Source of the DNA: a virus
Lineage: Duplodnaviria; Caudoviricetes
Strand: one strand, 5' to 3'
Length of the DNA stretch: 61,118 bases
IMG/VR virus record: IMGVR_UViG_3300024264_000034
Location: 1 to 61,118 of that record
Positions within the stretch are counted from its first letter, which is position 1, and each line of letters starts with the position of its first letter. Position numbers and translations under genes: made by a program. Of this stretch, positions 58,764 to 61,118 are shown piece by piece. The notes under the pieces were generated by a model. That model worked only from the letters and a program-made list of their open reading frames with translations, did not search any database and was not told the origin of the DNA.

Positions 58764-60071
58764 TTAAATTCCTCCTCCGTCATTAAGTATTCCCCATTTA
58801 GTAGCAAGACTTGAGCGCGCAGATACTACCGAAGGATTTCCTAAGCTATATTGACTATTACCAAAGTCTACAGTACCACCCGGCCAAGATGCAAAATTAT
58901 AAGCATCCCATGCAATTAATAATGCATCATAATTAACAGTAGATAATGTGAAGGTAGATGATGCATTAGTTAAAGGAGTGTTACCAACGGTGTATACATT
59001 CCATGCGTCTACGTTCCAATTTCCGATAGGTTGATCAAAAGCGCTAGTATCTTTAAACATATTTCTCATATCAACCACATTTGCAGTATCCCAACCACTA
59101 ATATCCTGGTTAAAACTTAGGGCATTTTCAAACATACTGAACATGGTTGTAACTCTCTGAGTATCCCACGCTGTTATATCATCGTCAAAGATTGCACAGT
59201 TTTCAAACATCTGCCTCATATTTGTAGCGCGATCCATAATCCAACCATTCATGGATCCACTATTAACATTATCAAAAACATCGCAATTATAAAACATTCG
59301 TTCAAAATCAAGAGAACTAGTTCCAGTGTTTGCCCCTACATTAGTAAACATCTTAGCATTCATGACTGAACACCCGTTAAACATTCGTTCAAATCTAAAA
59401 CAATTACTTACATCCCATTGTGAAAAAGCTAACGGACCAAGAGCATTTGTTCCATACTGCAATTTTGAACACCCACTAAACATTATTTCTAAAGTATCAC
59501 AAGTACCTACATTCCAATTTCCAATATTATTAATTGTAGAAAGACTACTACAACCACTAAATGTTCCTCTCCCACCTTTAGAATTAAGGCTATTAAATTG
59601 AACATCAAGAGGAAACCACGGCGTATCAGGTGCTGATATTTGCACCAAGTTACTACACTGCCTAAAGATTTGCCCAGCTGTTCCAAACTCACCTCCTGTT
59701 AATTTTAGATCTCCCCATTGTGTTATTTCCAATAGTTTCTTACCATCATCTTTACCTGGCGTATTTACATTCCAAAAACAAAATCCTGCAATATTACCTT
59801 CTGCTGAAACTGTATATGTCCCAGGATTTAGATATGTATGCAAACATTCAGTAGCATAATTAGAGGAATCAACATTAGAAGTTTGACCATCACCCCAGTC
59901 TATAGTAAAAGAAATAGTATATCCTTGGCTATCTGTTCCATCAACAATAGGAAAATAAAACTGATTAGTTGCAGATGGTGTGTTTTTATATTGAGTTTGT
60001 ATAGCAGTATTAACTACCATTTGAAATCTCCCTCGGCCTGAGCCTCGTCTACCTGATAAAATTTTTCTCAT
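58764..60071 (-). CDS. DUF285/BspA-like repeat surface protein with N-terminal PKD-like domain (435 aa)
   Basis: TIDWGDG...HTYLNPGTYTV (PKD-like); repeats such as WDTQRVTTMFSMFENALSFNQDISGWDTANVVDMRNMF. Confidence 0.8.
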   Translation of the reverse strand: MRKILSGRRGSGRGRFQMVVNTAIQTQYKNTPSATNQFYFPIVDGTDSQGYTISFTIDWGDGQTSNVDSSNYATECLHTYLNPGTYTVSAEGNIAGFCFWNVNTPGKDDGKKLLEITQWGDLKLTGGEFGTAGQIFRQCSNLVQISAPDTPWFPLDVQFNSLNSKGGRGTFSGCSSLSTINNIGNWNVGTCDTLEIMFSGCSKLQYGTNALGPLAFSQWDVSNCFRFERMFNGCSVMNAKMFTNVGANTGTSSLDFERMFYNCDVFDNVNSGSMNGWIMDRATNMRQMFENCAIFDDDITAWDTQRVTTMFSMFENALSFNQDISGWDTANVVDMRNMFKDTSAFDQPIGNWNVDAWNVYTVGNTPLTNASSTFTLSTVNYDALLIAWDAYNFASWPGGTVDFGNSQYSLGNPSVVSARSSLATKWGILNDGGGI

Positions 60072-60075
60072 AAGC

Positions 60076-61118
60076 TTATGGTGCTATTTGTTCTAACCAA
60101 TATTCATTACGGTTACCATTAAATTGTATAGTTAAATACATGTTAGTGTTAGGTATAAATCCATCACCTTTAATCTCCGTAGCCGCCGCGACAATTGGTT
60201 GTGTGGCCGTGTTTGTTAATACTCTAGCAAACCCACCTACTTCAGATGATGCCGGGCTTATGGTGTAAGATGTAATGTTAGCAGCCGAAGACATATTATA
60301 ATAAGTACCTAATACATTATCAGTTGTAACTGATCCTGTTGAAACAGATTCATCTGCTGCTATAACTGGGCCGGTTGCGCCAGTTGCACCTATTTCTCCT
60401 TGTGGTCCTTGAATACCAGTTGCACCTGTTTGACCTTGTGGTCCTTGAATACCAGTTGCACCTGTTTGACCTTGTGGTCCTTGAATACCAGTTGCACCTA
60501 TCGGTCCTTGAATACCAGTTGCACCTATTTCACCTTGTGGTCCTTGAATACCAGTTGCACCAGTTTGACCTTGTGGTCCTTGAACACCAGTTGCACCTGT
60601 TTGACCTTGTGGTCCTTGAATACCAGTTGCACCTATCGGTCCTTGAATACCAGTTGCACCTATTTGACCTTGAGGTCCTTGAATACCAGTTGCACCTATT
60701 TCTCCTTGTGGTCCTTGAATACCAGTTGCACCTGTTTGACCTTGTGGTCCTTGAACACCAGTTGCACCTGTTTGACCTTGTGGTCCTTGAATACCAGTTG
60801 CACCTATCGGTCCTTGAATACCAGTTGCACCTGTTTGACCTTGTGGTCCTTGAATACCAGTTGCTCCAGTTTCACCAGACCCCTGTGGACCTTGAATACC
60901 TTGCGGTCCTTGTGGACCTTGGATACCAGTTGCTCCAGTTTCACCAGAACCTTGTGGACCTTGTGGACCTTGTGGACCTTGAATACCAGTTGCACCAGTT
61001 TCACCAGACCCCTGTGGACCTTGAATACCTTGCGGTCCTTGTGGACCTTGGATACCAGTTGCTCCAGTTTCACCAGAACCTTGTGGACCTTGTGGACCTT
61101 GTGGACCTTGAATACCAG
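60076..61118 (-). CDS. Collagen-like fibre protein, C-terminal part; start lies beyond the window
   Basis: The track ORF 60076..60294 extends in frame upstream: ...[47 protein letters not shown]...EQIAP*. Confidence 0.88.
   Translation of the reverse strand, partial: GIQGPQGPQGPQGSGETGATGIQGPQGPQGIQGPQGSGETGATGIQGPQGPQGPQGSGETGATGIQGPQGPQGIQGPQGSGETGATGIQGPQGQTGATGIQGPIGATGIQGPQGQTGATGVQGPQGQTGATGIQGPQGEIGATGIQGPQGQIGATGIQGPIGATGIQGPQGQTGATGVQGPQGQTGATGIQGPQGEIGATGIQGPIGATGIQGPQGQTGATGIQGPQGQTGATGIQGPQGEIGATGATGPVIAADESVSTGSVTTDNVLGTYYNMSSAANITSYTISPASSEVGGFARVLTNTATQPIVAAATEIKGDGFIPNTNMYLTIQFNGNRNEYWLEQIAP
60375..61118. repeat. Tandem collagen-encoding repeat
   Basis: Recurrent 27-36-bp units ccttgtggtccttgaataccagttgcacc; a longer duplicated unit with GSGETGAT lies near the right end. 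Confidence 0.95.

Noticed and set aside
1551-60041. Numerous short plus-strand ORFs (e.g. 18057..18524, 39014..39499, 36222..36584, 58073..58435)
   Set aside because: All lie antisense to long, motif-bearing minus-strand genes and have no recognisable features.
60804-61073. 89-aa minus-strand ORF, and 60076..60294 as a stand-alone gene
   Set aside because: The first is an alternative frame of the collagen repeat; the second is the in-frame C-terminus of the collagen gene.
1-61118. Alternative genetic code (stop-codon reassignment) as in some large phages
   Set aside because: Genes are long and tightly packed in the standard code, and TAA, TGA (e.g. 7064, 17933) and TAG (20472, 57871) all terminate genes.

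Overview
An AT-rich segment of a large T4-like (myovirus, probably jumbo) phage genome. Essentially every real gene is on the minus strand and reads in the standard code. From right to left (transcription direction) it holds: the C-terminal end of a collagen-like fibre gene and a DUF285/BspA-like surface protein; small hypothetical genes; a baseplate/neck module (gp48/54-, gp53-, gp27-, gp5-, gp13-, gp25-, gp6- and gp7-like) interrupted by a four-domain ribosomal protein S1 homologue and a putative amidoligase; several very large virion/fibre proteins; a spanin-like gene; a gp3-like tail protein; and a recombination/replication block (RuvC-like, GroES, gp32 SSB, primase, UvsY, UvsW). Next is a cluster of proteins carrying T4 capsid-targeting-like motifs and I/L-x-E cleavage-like sites, including two ligase-fold nucleotidyltransferases and an HxGH nucleotidyltransferase. 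The window ends in mosaic fibre/decoration genes and the N-terminal part of another collagen-like gene. Leaders are A-rich without Shine-Dalgarno sequences, suggesting a Bacteroidota host (inference). The best candidate for an undescribed system is the apparently capsid-packaged, protease-matured nucleotidyltransferase/ligase cluster at about 7.0-15.7 kb. Also notable are two recurring promoter-like motifs (one copy antisense to the RuvC-like gene) and a structured AGGC-repeat leader on the SSB gene. No tRNA, rRNA, CRISPR array or integrase was seen. All family calls come from motif recognition by eye, not database searches.
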